Origin: Rhodospirillales bacterium
GTDB lineage: Bacteria; Pseudomonadota; Alphaproteobacteria; UBA8366; JADFVY01
Length of the DNA: 64,000 nucleotides
Reading direction: 5' to 3'
Assembly: GCA_020356105.1 (NCBI GenBank)
Contig: CP070634.1
Span: 1,721,348-1,785,347, forward strand
Shown: positions 28,688 through 37,959 of the stretch, piece after piece
Layout of the letters: the number at the start of each line of letters is the position of its first letter
How positions within the stretch are numbered: the stretch's first letter is position 1
Notes under the pieces: model-generated
Told to the model about the DNA's origin: nothing
Database searches by the model: none
The model's input: only the letters and a program-made list of their open reading frames with translations
Made by a program: the position numbers and the translations under genes

Positions 28688-30517
28688 GTGTGCGGCATCA
28701 TCGGCATCATCGGCCAGAACGCGGCGGCCCCGCTCCTTCTCGAGGGACTCAAGCGGCTCGAATACCGCGGATACGATTCCGCGGGAATCGCGACTCTTTC
28801 CGGCACGGGTATCGACCGCCGTCGCGCGGAGGGGAAGCTGATCAATCTCGAGGGCCGGCTCGGCGAACAGCCGCTCGACGGCACGGTCGGGATCGGCCAC
28901 ACCCGCTGGGCAACCCACGGTGTTCCCAGCGAGACCAACGCGCATCCGCACGCGACAAGTCGTCTCGCACTGGTCCACAACGGCATCATCGAGAATTTCC
29001 AGGAATTGCGGAACGAATTGGCCGACACGGGAGCTGTATTCGAATCGGAAACCGACACAGAAGTCGTCGTCCATCTTTTGACCCGTTATCTCGAAGAGGG
29101 CATGTCCCCGGCGGCCGCGGTGGCGACAACTTTGCCGCGACTGGAGGGCGCATTCGCCATGACGATCATCTTCGCCGGCGAGGAGGATCTGATGATTGGT
29201 GCGCGGCGCGGGAGTCCTCTGGCCGTGGGTTATGGCGATGGGGAAATGTATTTCGGGTCCGACGCCATGGCGCTGGCACCGCTGACCCAGCGCATCAGCT
29301 ACCTGGAAGAAGGCGATTGGGCGGTCGCGACCCGTGGCGGCGTGACCGTCTATGACAGCGCGAACAACCCGGTCGAGCGCCCGATTGTGCAGACTGCGCT
29401 GTCCGGCGCGATGATCGGGAAGGGCAATTACCGTCATTTCATGCTCAAGGAGATCTACGAGCAGCCCGCCGTGATCGGGGACACTCTGCACTCGATGCTG
29501 AATCCCGCGAACCGGACGATCACCCTGCCACCGCTGCCTGTTGATCTGGCCACGACGCCGAAGATCACGATTATCGCCTGCGGCACCGCGTTCTATGCGG
29601 GAATGGTCGCGAAGTATTGGCTCGAGAAGGTGGCCCGACTGCCGGTGGAAATCGATATCGCGTCCGAATTTCGATATCGCGAGGCGCCGATGCCGGATGG
29701 CGGGTTGGCCCTGTTCATAAGCCAGTCGGGGGAAACCGCCGACACGCTTGCCGCTCTGCGCTATGCGAAAGCGCAGGGCCAGACCATCCTGTCGGTGGTC
29801 AACGTCCCCGAATCGTCAATTGCCCGGGAGTCGGACGCGGTCCTGCCGACGCTGGCCGGACCTGAGATCGGCGTTGCGTCGACCAAGGCGTTTACGACAC
29901 AGCTGACGGCGCTGGCCTGCCTGGCCACCGCGGCGGCTCGTGCCCGCGGGACGATCGACGCGGAACGGGAAGCGGAGCTATGCGTAGCTCTCGCCGAAGT
30001 CCCCGGTCGGGCGGCCGAGGTGTTGAAGCATGACGAGCGCATCGAGGCGCTCGCGCATGGCCTCGTGGAGGCGCGCGACGTTCTTTATCTCGGGCGCGGG
30101 GCGGCCTATCCGCTGGCGCTGGAAGGCGCGCTGAAGCTGAAGGAGATCTCGTACATTCATGCCGAGGGTTACGCGGCCGGCGAAATGAAGCACGGGCCGA
30201 TTGCGCTTATCGATGAAGGTGTGCCGGTCATCGTCATCGCGCCCAAGGACCCGCTGTTCGAAAAGACCGCGTCCAATCTGCAGGAGGTCGTTGCTCGTGG
30301 CGGCCGCGTGATCCTCTTGTCGGACTCCGAGGGCGTCGCCCATATCGAGGCACAGGCGAAACCGGAGTCGAGTATCGCGCTGCCCGCGGTCGACCCGTTT
30401 GTCGCGCCGATCCTGTACGCCATCCCCGTGCAATTGCTGGCATACCATACGGCTGTGCTGAAGGGCACCGATGTCGACCAGCCTCGCAATCTCGCCAAAT
30501 CGGTTACCGTCGAGTAG
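28688..30517 (+). CDS. glmS: Glutamine--fructose-6-phosphate aminotransferase
   Basis: N-terminal MCGIIG, two SIS domains and a C-terminal KSVTVE; 609 aa. Confidence 0.97.
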   Translation: MCGIIGIIGQNAAAPLLLEGLKRLEYRGYDSAGIATLSGTGIDRRRAEGKLINLEGRLGEQPLDGTVGIGHTRWATHGVPSETNAHPHATSRLALVHNGIIENFQELRNELADTGAVFESETDTEVVVHLLTRYLEEGMSPAAAVATTLPRLEGAFAMTIIFAGEEDLMIGARRGSPLAVGYGDGEMYFGSDAMALAPLTQRISYLEEGDWAVATRGGVTVYDSANNPVERPIVQTALSGAMIGKGNYRHFMLKEIYEQPAVIGDTLHSMLNPANRTITLPPLPVDLATTPKITIIACGTAFYAGMVAKYWLEKVARLPVEIDIASEFRYREAPMPDGGLALFISQSGETADTLAALRYAKAQGQTILSVVNVPESSIARESDAVLPTLAGPEIGVASTKAFTTQLTALACLATAAARARGTIDAEREAELCVALAEVPGRAAEVLKHDERIEALAHGLVEARDVLYLGRGAAYPLALEGALKLKEISYIHAEGYAAGEMKHGPIALIDEGVPVIVIAPKDPLFEKTASNLQEVVARGGRVILLSDSEGVAHIEAQAKPESSIALPAVDPFVAPILYAIPVQLLAYHTAVLKGTDVDQPRNLAKSVTVE

Positions 30518-30526
30518 CGGGGCGTC

Positions 30527-30889
30527 ATGAACGCCGGCTCCGCGACAAGCCCGCAGATCACGGTGCTGCTTGCCATCGCCGCTCTTGCCGCGATCTGGAT
30601 GTTCTTGTGGAAGACGAAGACGGAGCGACGGGCAACGCGTCTAATTGACTGGGTGTGGCGAAACCACCCGGAGGCCTGGTCGGCCTTGCCCTGGATATAC
30701 CGAAACCTTCTGCGCGAGCGCGGTCTCGGCGAGCTCGCGCGTCGCCGTGTGATTTCCGACCCGCACTTTACCAGCGAGTACGAGACGATCGCTCCCCTTC
30801 GGCGCCACATCGTGATCGCTGGCGCGATCGCCGGCGGAGCGATCCTGCTGATTGCCATCGGGGCGCGGTATTTCGGTTGGCAATTCTGA
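30527..30889 (+). CDS. Hypothetical membrane protein (two predicted TM segments)
   Basis: Hydrophobic N- and C-terminal segments. It starts 9 nt after glmS. I recognise no motif. Confidence 0.55.
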   Translation: MNAGSATSPQITVLLAIAALAAIWMFLWKTKTERRATRLIDWVWRNHPEAWSALPWIYRNLLRERGLGELARRRVISDPHFTSEYETIAPLRRHIVIAGAIAGGAILLIAIGARYFGWQF

Positions 30890-31080
30890 TCGCGGATCGC
30901 GGGAAGTCTTTGCCGGCGATCTCGTGGTTTGGTGTTTGCTGGGCGCGGTGCACCGCGCCAATCGATTCCGCAACTTATTGATTTCAAGTGCATTTATGAT
31001 AAAAATATTGTCAGGCATTCGGCTTGGTGGGCGTCGGAGGCCTGAAAGAAAGACACAAGCAGGACGGGAGAAGGCGGATT

Positions 31081-31599
31081 GTGCGACACCCAACCGAGCC
31101 TGAATACGGCGCGCGGAAGGGAGCGTTGAGCCGGATTGCTCTGATGGTCGTCGCGGGCGCCATGCTTGCGGCCTGCAGCGGCGGGTATGAGAAGATTCCA
31201 TCGCAGAGTTACGATATCGACTATGACGTGTTTTCTGTCGTCGGGTGGTCCGGAAATATCGATGTGTTCCTGATCAAGACATTCGAGTCCGAGGGGATGG
31301 TTGCTCTGTGCGGCGGGTATACCCGGGGCAAGACATCGTTTGCCACGATCGGAAACCGACGATGGGCCGATATTTCAGAGATCTACATCGACGAGGTGAA
31401 GATCGGAAACGCCGAGTTCATGTCGCAAATTCCGGTTTCCGGCTTCAGGCAGGGTGACGATCCGAAGGACGTGTTCATCGCGCTGCAGGAGATGACCCCG
31501 TCGCTGCCCTGCGTGCGAAGCAGGGTGCCCTGGAAGGAGCAGTATGGGTCGACAAAGGTCGAGCGGCGCGGCGCGACCCAAATCGTCGTCGAGGACTGA
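31081..31599 (+). CDS. Hypothetical lipoprotein
   Basis: Lipobox AMLAAC-SGG. A GTG start with GGAGAAGG upstream was chosen; the listed ORF begins earlier, at 31024. Confidence 0.6.
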   Translation: MRHPTEPEYGARKGALSRIALMVVAGAMLAACSGGYEKIPSQSYDIDYDVFSVVGWSGNIDVFLIKTFESEGMVALCGGYTRGKTSFATIGNRRWADISEIYIDEVKIGNAEFMSQIPVSGFRQGDDPKDVFIALQEMTPSLPCVRSRVPWKEQYGSTKVERRGATQIVVED

Positions 31600-31693
31600 T
31601 CGTCAACCCGGCTCCGGACGGCGGCAGAAGTCTGATGTTGTCGGGGATAACGGGTGCCGGGCTCGATCCAATATTTCGCGATCGCCATTCTTG

Positions 31694-32512
31694 CTAGCGC
31701 AGCGCCGAGACGTAATTGATGGGTGAATGATCCGTCAATTCGCGACGCAGCGTGCCATCTGGCTCGAAAAGGAGCCCTGTCCGCAGGGCACCGGAGAGCA
31801 GTTCTGCCAGCCCCGCCTCCTCGGGGATCTGCCGAAGTACACGTCCATCCGGATCGATCAGGTGGGGTGTCGCGACGTGCCGGTAGCCGAGGTGTTCCGT
31901 CGGTAATCGGCAAACGATGTCGCGGTTGTTGACATAGCGTCGGAGTGCGCCCTTCCGACGGACGACGGACTCGCTGAACGCCGCATCGCCGACGCGCGGA
32001 GACCCGAAGGTAATCAGTTCGGCATCGGGCCGCAGGCTCGCCGCCAGCGTGGCCAGCGCGGCGCCGAGGCTGTGGCCGGTCATCACGAGGGGGCGCGGTG
32101 CCCTGTCGACTGCTGCCTCGACCTGCATCCAGACTGCTTCGAGTGCCGTGGCAAACCCCCTGTGCGCCCTGCCACCCGCGCGCCAAGGTGACGGCACGGC
32201 ATTGAGATTGGTGATCCATGAGCCGAGATTGTCCGAGCCACGGAAACACAGCACGGAAAAATCATCGCCGGCGGCGGCGAAGCCGTTGGTGCCGCTGTGG
32301 TCGAATATCTCGATCAGCGTGAAACCGACCCGTCCGAGCGTCGACTCGATGACCGTGGCATCCTCGCAATAAGCCAGCCGGGAGAGTTCCGCGCACCAGG
32401 CCTCCCGGCTCCGCGGCTGATGAAGCTCGAAAAACCGGCCGGCTGCGGCGGGATTGACCAGGGCGCGAAAGCTTGAGTCAAAGGGGATGCCCGTCGCCTC
32501 TGCCCTGGTCAT
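31694..32512 (-). CDS. Class 3 lipase-like alpha/beta hydrolase
   Basis: Nucleophile elbow VMTGHSLGAALA, preceded by FRGSDNLGSWITNL. Confidence 0.8.
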   Translation of the reverse strand: MTRAEATGIPFDSSFRALVNPAAAGRFFELHQPRSREAWCAELSRLAYCEDATVIESTLGRVGFTLIEIFDHSGTNGFAAAGDDFSVLCFRGSDNLGSWITNLNAVPSPWRAGGRAHRGFATALEAVWMQVEAAVDRAPRPLVMTGHSLGAALATLAASLRPDAELITFGSPRVGDAAFSESVVRRKGALRRYVNNRDIVCRLPTEHLGYRHVATPHLIDPDGRVLRQIPEEAGLAELLSGALRTGLLFEPDGTLRRELTDHSPINYVSALR

Positions 32513-32524
32513 GGCACCGGCCGA

Positions 32525-33931
32525 TCAAGCGACCCGAACGAGGCCGCTCATGCCCGCTGCCATGTGCTCCAGGATATGGCAGTGGAAGAGCCAGTCGCCG
32601 GGACTGTCGGCGACGAAGGCGATTTCGATTGATTGCCGCGGCCGGATCAGGACGGTATCCAGCCATTCCTTGCGCATGTTGGGCACGCCGTCGCGGGTCA
32701 GCACGCGGAAGGCGAACCCGTGCAGATGCATCGGATGTTCCCAGCTGGTCTGGTTGACCAGCTCGATCACACAGGTTCGTCCCTTCGCGATTTCGATCAG
32801 CGGTTCCTTGCGGCCCTTGTCGGGCAGGCCGTTGACGAACCAGAACTGTCCCTGCTCGAAAAATCGCTCTGCGCCGGCCGGGAAACGCCCCATGGCGCCA
32901 CCCTCCAGGACGATCCGCTGGCGCATCGCCGAGTCGTCGAGGACCGGTTCCGGCAGGGGGTTGGCCGCGAGTGTGATCGGCGCGTCAAGTGGCGATTCGC
33001 GGAGCGGCGGCGTGGCCTCGTAGACCAGCTTGTGGAATTCGTAGGTGCGGCCGCGGTAATAGCCGTCCGTCAGTTGGACGACGTCACCGGGCTTCCCCTC
33101 CATATCGATTACCAGGTCGACACGCTGCGCCGCCGCAACAACGACCGATCCGTCGGATGGCGCGTGGGGCCGCACCGGCTGGCCGTCGAGCGCGATGATT
33201 TGCGGCTTGAGATCCCCGAAGTCGATCGAGAAGCTGCGGGCATTGGCGACGTTGATCAGGCGCAGCCGGATGCGCTCGCCGGCGCGCACGCCAAACACAT
33301 CTGGAATCCGGCCGTTGACGGTTACCGTATTGCCGATGCGTCCACCATGGCTCATCTGGCCGCGATGGCCGAAGCTGTCGTCGATCTGGGCGGTTTCACG
33401 GAGTAGCCAGTCGTCCAACACCCAGGTGACGTCGCGATCGACCGCGAGCGGCTCGGCTTCCTCGACGATCAACGCGCCGGCGAGTCCGCGACCCTGCTGT
33501 TCCGGACTGTTGAAATGGGGATGGTACCAGAAGCTGCCGGCATCAATGGCCTCGAACTCGTAAAGGAACTCTTCGCCCGGCGGAATCGCGTCCTGCGTGA
33601 CGCCGGGGACGCCGTCCATCGCATTTGGCAGCCGGATTCCGTGCCAATGCACCGTTGTTGGTTCGGCAAGATTGTTGCGCGCGACAACACGAACCGTATC
33701 GCCCTGGCGGACCCGTATTTCGGGCCCCGGAACGGTCCCGTTATAGGCCCAGGTCGCCGTGTCGGGCCATTCGCCGCCAACCAGCGACACGGTGGTCGGC
33801 GCAGCCGTCAACGTCATTTTGCGCGGTTCGGCCCGAGCCGTTCCGACGAGACCGGCGATCGCCGGCATCGCCAGCGCCGCGGTGGTGGTGCCCAGGAAGA
33901 TCCTGCGCGACATCCGTGTTCGTCTAGCCAT
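32525..33931 (-). CDS. Tat-exported multicopper oxidase
   Basis: Twin-arginine signal SRRIFLG and copper sites HWHGIRL, WYHPH, HPMHLHG and HCHILEHMAAGM. Confidence 0.9.
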   Translation of the reverse strand: MARRTRMSRRIFLGTTTAALAMPAIAGLVGTARAEPRKMTLTAAPTTVSLVGGEWPDTATWAYNGTVPGPEIRVRQGDTVRVVARNNLAEPTTVHWHGIRLPNAMDGVPGVTQDAIPPGEEFLYEFEAIDAGSFWYHPHFNSPEQQGRGLAGALIVEEAEPLAVDRDVTWVLDDWLLRETAQIDDSFGHRGQMSHGGRIGNTVTVNGRIPDVFGVRAGERIRLRLINVANARSFSIDFGDLKPQIIALDGQPVRPHAPSDGSVVVAAAQRVDLVIDMEGKPGDVVQLTDGYYRGRTYEFHKLVYEATPPLRESPLDAPITLAANPLPEPVLDDSAMRQRIVLEGGAMGRFPAGAERFFEQGQFWFVNGLPDKGRKEPLIEIAKGRTCVIELVNQTSWEHPMHLHGFAFRVLTRDGVPNMRKEWLDTVLIRPRQSIEIAFVADSPGDWLFHCHILEHMAAGMSGLVRVA

Positions 33932-34113
33932 GCGAGATGCTTTTCACCCTCGTATACCTCCACCACGATATGTGGCGAGGACAGCGCCGTGACAACCCGT
34001 TTGCGTGCGGCTGGCAAGCCTCGGCGCAATCTGGTAATACCGGGGCGCGTCACGATCCTTCCGCAGCGATCGCCGACACCCCCGATTCTCATATCAGCAG
34101 GGAGACGCCCGAC

Positions 34114-35568
34114 ATGAAGCTCAAGGACGAGAGCCTTTTCCGGCAGCAGTGTTATATCGACGGGGCCTGGGTCGATGCCGATGACGGTTCGACGATCGAG
34201 GTGAACAACCCGGCGACCAGTGAGATTCTCGGCACGGTGCCGAAGATGGGGGCGAGCGAAACGCGTCGCGCGATCGAGGCCGCCAATGCGGCGTGGCCGG
34301 CCTGGCGCGCGAAGACCGCGAAAGAGCGCGCCAACATCATCCGTCGCTGGTTCGAACTGATGATGGAGAACCAGGACGATCTCGGCCTCCTGATGACCAG
34401 CGAGCAGGGCAAGCCGCTGCCCGAGGCGAAGGGCGAGGTTGCCTATGCAGCGTCCTTTCTCGAATGGTTCGCTGAGGAGGGCCGCCGGGCCTATGGCGAT
34501 GTGATCCCGACCCACATGGCCGATCGCCGCGTCGTCGTGATCAAGGAGCCCGTTGGCGTCTGTGCCGCGATCACGCCGTGGAACTTCCCGGCTGCGATGA
34601 TCACCCGCAAGGCGGGACCGGCCCTGGCGGCCGGCTGTCCAATGGTTGTCAAGCCGGCGACGGCGACGCCGTATTCCGCGCTGGCCCTCGCCGAGCTGGC
34701 CGAGCGGGCCGGGGTGCCGAAAGGCGTGTTCAGCGTTCTGACCGGCGGCGCCAAGGCGATCGGCGGCGAGATGACCTCGAACCCGATTGTCCGCAAGCTT
34801 ACCTTCACCGGGTCGACCGAGATCGGCAAGACGCTGATGGAGCAATGCGCCGGGACCGTGAAGAAGGTGAGCATGGAACTCGGCGGCAACGCGCCGTTCA
34901 TCGTCTTCGACGACGCCGACCTCGACGCCGCGGTCGAGGGCGCGATGGCTTCGAAATACCGGAATGCCGGACAGACCTGCGTCTGCGCGAACCGTCTGCT
35001 GGTACAGGAAGGGGTCTATGAGGCGTTTGCGGCGAAGCTGTCCGAGGCGGTGACCGGCCTCAAGGTCGGCAGTGGTGTCGAGGACGGCGTCAACCAGGGG
35101 CCGCTGATCGACATGGCGGCGGTCGAGAAGGTCGAGGAGCATATTGCGGACGCGCTGTCGAAGGGCGCGCGGGTGGTTGCCGGCGGCGGCCGCCATCAAC
35201 TCGGCGGCACCTTCTTCCAGCCGACCATCCTCGCCGACGTGGATACCTCGATGCGGGTAACCAAGGAAGAGACCTTCGGCCCGTTGGCGCCGCTGTTCCG
35301 CTTCAAGACAGAGGAGGAGGCGATCGCCATGGCGAATGATACCGAGTTCGGCCTCGCGGCCTATTTCTACAGCCGCGACATGGGGCGGGTGTGGCGCGTC
35401 TCGGAAGGGCTCGAATACGGTATTGTCGGTGCCAATGTCGGCATCATCTCGACGGAAATCGCGCCCTTCGGCGGCATGAAGGAGTCAGGCGTCGGCCGCG
35501 AAGGCTCCCATTACGGGCTCGACGAGTTCATGGAGGTAAAATACGTCTGCATGGGCGGCGTCGGCTGA
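34114..35568 (+). CDS. gabD: NAD(P)-dependent succinate-semialdehyde dehydrogenase
   Basis: ELGGNAP, FRNAGQTCVCANR (catalytic Cys) and EETFGP. The start is set at MKLKDESLF, with GGGAGA upstream. Confidence 0.9.
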   Translation: MKLKDESLFRQQCYIDGAWVDADDGSTIEVNNPATSEILGTVPKMGASETRRAIEAANAAWPAWRAKTAKERANIIRRWFELMMENQDDLGLLMTSEQGKPLPEAKGEVAYAASFLEWFAEEGRRAYGDVIPTHMADRRVVVIKEPVGVCAAITPWNFPAAMITRKAGPALAAGCPMVVKPATATPYSALALAELAERAGVPKGVFSVLTGGAKAIGGEMTSNPIVRKLTFTGSTEIGKTLMEQCAGTVKKVSMELGGNAPFIVFDDADLDAAVEGAMASKYRNAGQTCVCANRLLVQEGVYEAFAAKLSEAVTGLKVGSGVEDGVNQGPLIDMAAVEKVEEHIADALSKGARVVAGGGRHQLGGTFFQPTILADVDTSMRVTKEETFGPLAPLFRFKTEEEAIAMANDTEFGLAAYFYSRDMGRVWRVSEGLEYGIVGANVGIISTEIAPFGGMKESGVGREGSHYGLDEFMEVKYVCMGGVG

Positions 35569-35587
35569 TCGGCAGTCGGGCCGTGCG

Positions 35588-36580
35588 GTGAGCTCGACCC
35601 CAACCGTATCCGAGCCGGGTGGATCCGACTCGCTTCCGGTCCCAAGGGTCGCAGTGCGCGACCTCATCTTCGACTATCCCGCGGGGCGCGCGCTCTTCGG
35701 CGTATCGTTCGAGATCGCGCCCGGCACCATCACCGCTCTGGTCGGCCCGAATGGCGCCGGCAAGACGACCTTGATGCGTTGTCTGGCCGCGCTGGAGACT
35801 CCGTATTCGGGTGGTGTCGTGGTCGACGGCCTGGACGTCGAACAGCACCCGCGCCAGGTTCACGAGCGTCTGGGGTTCCTGCAGGACTTCTTTGGCCTTT
35901 ACGATGACCTGACGGTCCGTCAGTGCCTCGATTATCACGCCGCGGCGCGGGGCGTGGCGGCGGCCCATCGTCAGGATGCGGTTGCCCGCAGCGCCGGGCG
36001 GCTTGGCCTGTCGGATCGGCTCAACGACAACGCGGGAACCTTGTCGCGCGGCTTGCGTCAACGCCTTGCCGTCGCCCAGACGATCATCCATGAGCCCAGC
36101 CTTTTGCTGCTCGACGAGCCGGCCTCGGGGCTCGACCCCGAGGCGCGCCAGGACCTCTCCAGGTTGTTGCTTTCATTGCAGGGCGAAGGCATGACGTTGC
36201 TGGTGTCGTCACATATCCTGGCCGAGCTCGAGGATTATTCGACGCACATCATGATCATGCATGAGGGGCGGATAACCGAGCACAGTGCCATCGCCGATAT
36301 CGGCCAGGCGATGACATCGCGCATACATATCGCGCTGGCGACCGCGGACGAAAGGTTGCGGGAGCTGCTCGAAGACATATCCGGGGTCTCCGACGTCACT
36401 GTCGAGGGGCGGAGCGGCGTGTTCACCTTCGCGGGCGATGAAACGGCGCGCGCCGGATTGCTGCGGCGTCTGGTCGAGGCTGGCGTTCCGGTCACTGCCT
36501 TTGATGCCGAGAAGCGCAGCATGCAGGATGTCTATATCGATCGCTTGCGACGCGATCGGGGCGGCGAGGAGTCACAGTGA
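35588..36580 (+). CDS. ABC transporter ATP-binding protein
   Basis: Walker A GPNGAGKTT, signature LSRGLRQRLAVA, Walker B LLLLDEPASGLD. Confidence 0.9.
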   Translation: MSSTPTVSEPGGSDSLPVPRVAVRDLIFDYPAGRALFGVSFEIAPGTITALVGPNGAGKTTLMRCLAALETPYSGGVVVDGLDVEQHPRQVHERLGFLQDFFGLYDDLTVRQCLDYHAAARGVAAAHRQDAVARSAGRLGLSDRLNDNAGTLSRGLRQRLAVAQTIIHEPSLLLLDEPASGLDPEARQDLSRLLLSLQGEGMTLLVSSHILAELEDYSTHIMIMHEGRITEHSAIADIGQAMTSRIHIALATADERLRELLEDISGVSDVTVEGRSGVFTFAGDETARAGLLRRLVEAGVPVTAFDAEKRSMQDVYIDRLRRDRGGEESQ

Positions 36581-37935
36581 ATCCGGAATTCCGCCGCAAC
36601 CTGCTGCTGGAGTTGACCGTTCACCGGCTCATCGCGATGCCGCTGATCCTGCTGTTGATCTATGCCGCAGCGTGGCTCGGCGGGGATGCCGAGGATGTGT
36701 CCGAAGCGGCGTCGGTTGTGATGGCAGGGCTGCTGGTGCTTTGGGGAACGCGCCTTGCAGCCGATGCGGTGCTGGGCGAGGTGAGAGGGCGCACCTGGGA
36801 TTCGCAGCGCATGTCCACCATCGGGCCGTTCTCGATGGGCTGGGGCAAGCTGTTGGGCAGCACCGTATATGTCTGGTACGGGGCGGCGCTGAGTGCGCCG
36901 GCTCTGCTCTACGACTGGGAAGCCGAATACAGCGATCTGCTGCGGATTGTGATGGTCGGGCTGTTCGCGCAGTCGACCGCGCTCTTCGTCAGCCTGATCG
37001 TGCTGAGATTGCGTCCTGAACGGCTTCGCTTTCAGGTGACGGCATCGCAACTCTTCGGAATTGCGGCCGCTGTGGTGTGGTGGTCGATACTCGAGGATCC
37101 GCCGTCCGGCCTCGTTGGCTCCGGCGACAAGCAGTGGTACGGGCTCACGCTGACGCGCGACGTGTTCCTGCTTGTCTGCAGCGTCACATTTCTTGCCTGG
37201 ACGTTGTTCGGCGTCTACCGGCTGCTGCGCGCGGAGCTACAGTTTCGCTCCTGGCCGGTTGGCTGGACGGCGTTTGTCCTATTTTTCGGTGTATTTATCG
37301 GTGGCTTCGGCGGGAGCCGACAACCATACGAGCCGGGCATGTCGCTTGTTCTCTCTTCGGATGTGATCTCGCGGCTGCTTTCCAGTTACATTGTCGTGCT
37401 CGTGCTGGTCTGGCTCGCCGCGTTTGTCGAGCCCAAGGGCTTCGTCCGGCTGCGGCGTTTGATTGCGGCACGCGATGCGGGAGAGTTCCGCCGCTTCTTC
37501 GAATCGGTTCCTGCCTGGTTTCCGGGCATGGTCGTGGGCCTCGCGCTGGGCATGGTGTTTTTCATCGTGTTGTCGTTCGTCCCAGAAATCGGAACGGCCT
37601 ACGGTGGCTTGCTCAATATGGAGTCGCCGCGGGCATTTGCGGTCGCCCTGTTCCTGTTCCTGATGCGCGATATCGGGCTGATCCATCTGATTACGCTCGA
37701 CGGGCGGAAGCGCCGCGCGAACATCACCGCGCTGGTCTATCTCGTCGTTCTCTATATCCTGTTCCCCGTTCTCGCGGCGGCCGCCGATTGGGAGGCGGCG
37801 CTGCCCGTCTTTATGCCATACTCCGAGGGCAACCCGATGGTCATCACCTTGCCCGTTGCGCTGCAGGTGGTGGTCGTCGCAGTGCTGTTCAGGATGCGCT
37901 GGCGCCGCGTCGCGCGCTCGATGGCGGCTGCCTGA
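36577..37935 (+). CDS. Polytopic membrane protein, probable ABC-2-type permease partner
   Basis: The start overlaps the ATPase stop (GTGA). It has about 10 hydrophobic segments and an EVRGRTWDSQRMS motif resembling the E-x-E/R-G-T motif of ABC-2 permeases. Confidence 0.7.
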   Translation: MNPEFRRNLLLELTVHRLIAMPLILLLIYAAAWLGGDAEDVSEAASVVMAGLLVLWGTRLAADAVLGEVRGRTWDSQRMSTIGPFSMGWGKLLGSTVYVWYGAALSAPALLYDWEAEYSDLLRIVMVGLFAQSTALFVSLIVLRLRPERLRFQVTASQLFGIAAAVVWWSILEDPPSGLVGSGDKQWYGLTLTRDVFLLVCSVTFLAWTLFGVYRLLRAELQFRSWPVGWTAFVLFFGVFIGGFGGSRQPYEPGMSLVLSSDVISRLLSSYIVVLVLVWLAAFVEPKGFVRLRRLIAARDAGEFRRFFESVPAWFPGMVVGLALGMVFFIVLSFVPEIGTAYGGLLNMESPRAFAVALFLFLMRDIGLIHLITLDGRKRRANITALVYLVVLYILFPVLAAAADWEAALPVFMPYSEGNPMVITLPVALQVVVVAVLFRMRWRRVARSMAAA

Positions 37936-37959
37936 GATACCGCCGGGGGAGACGGGAGG

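Noticed and set aside
27281-29491. A 736-aa ORF antisense to glmU/glmS. Similar long antisense ORFs occur at 197-1243, 14108-15739, 37279-39447, 42606-44216 and 51391-53010.
   Set aside because: All are Arg/Pro/Gly/Ala-rich, lack motifs, and lie opposite genes with unambiguous family signatures. This is the typical stop-codon-poor antisense frame of GC-rich DNA.
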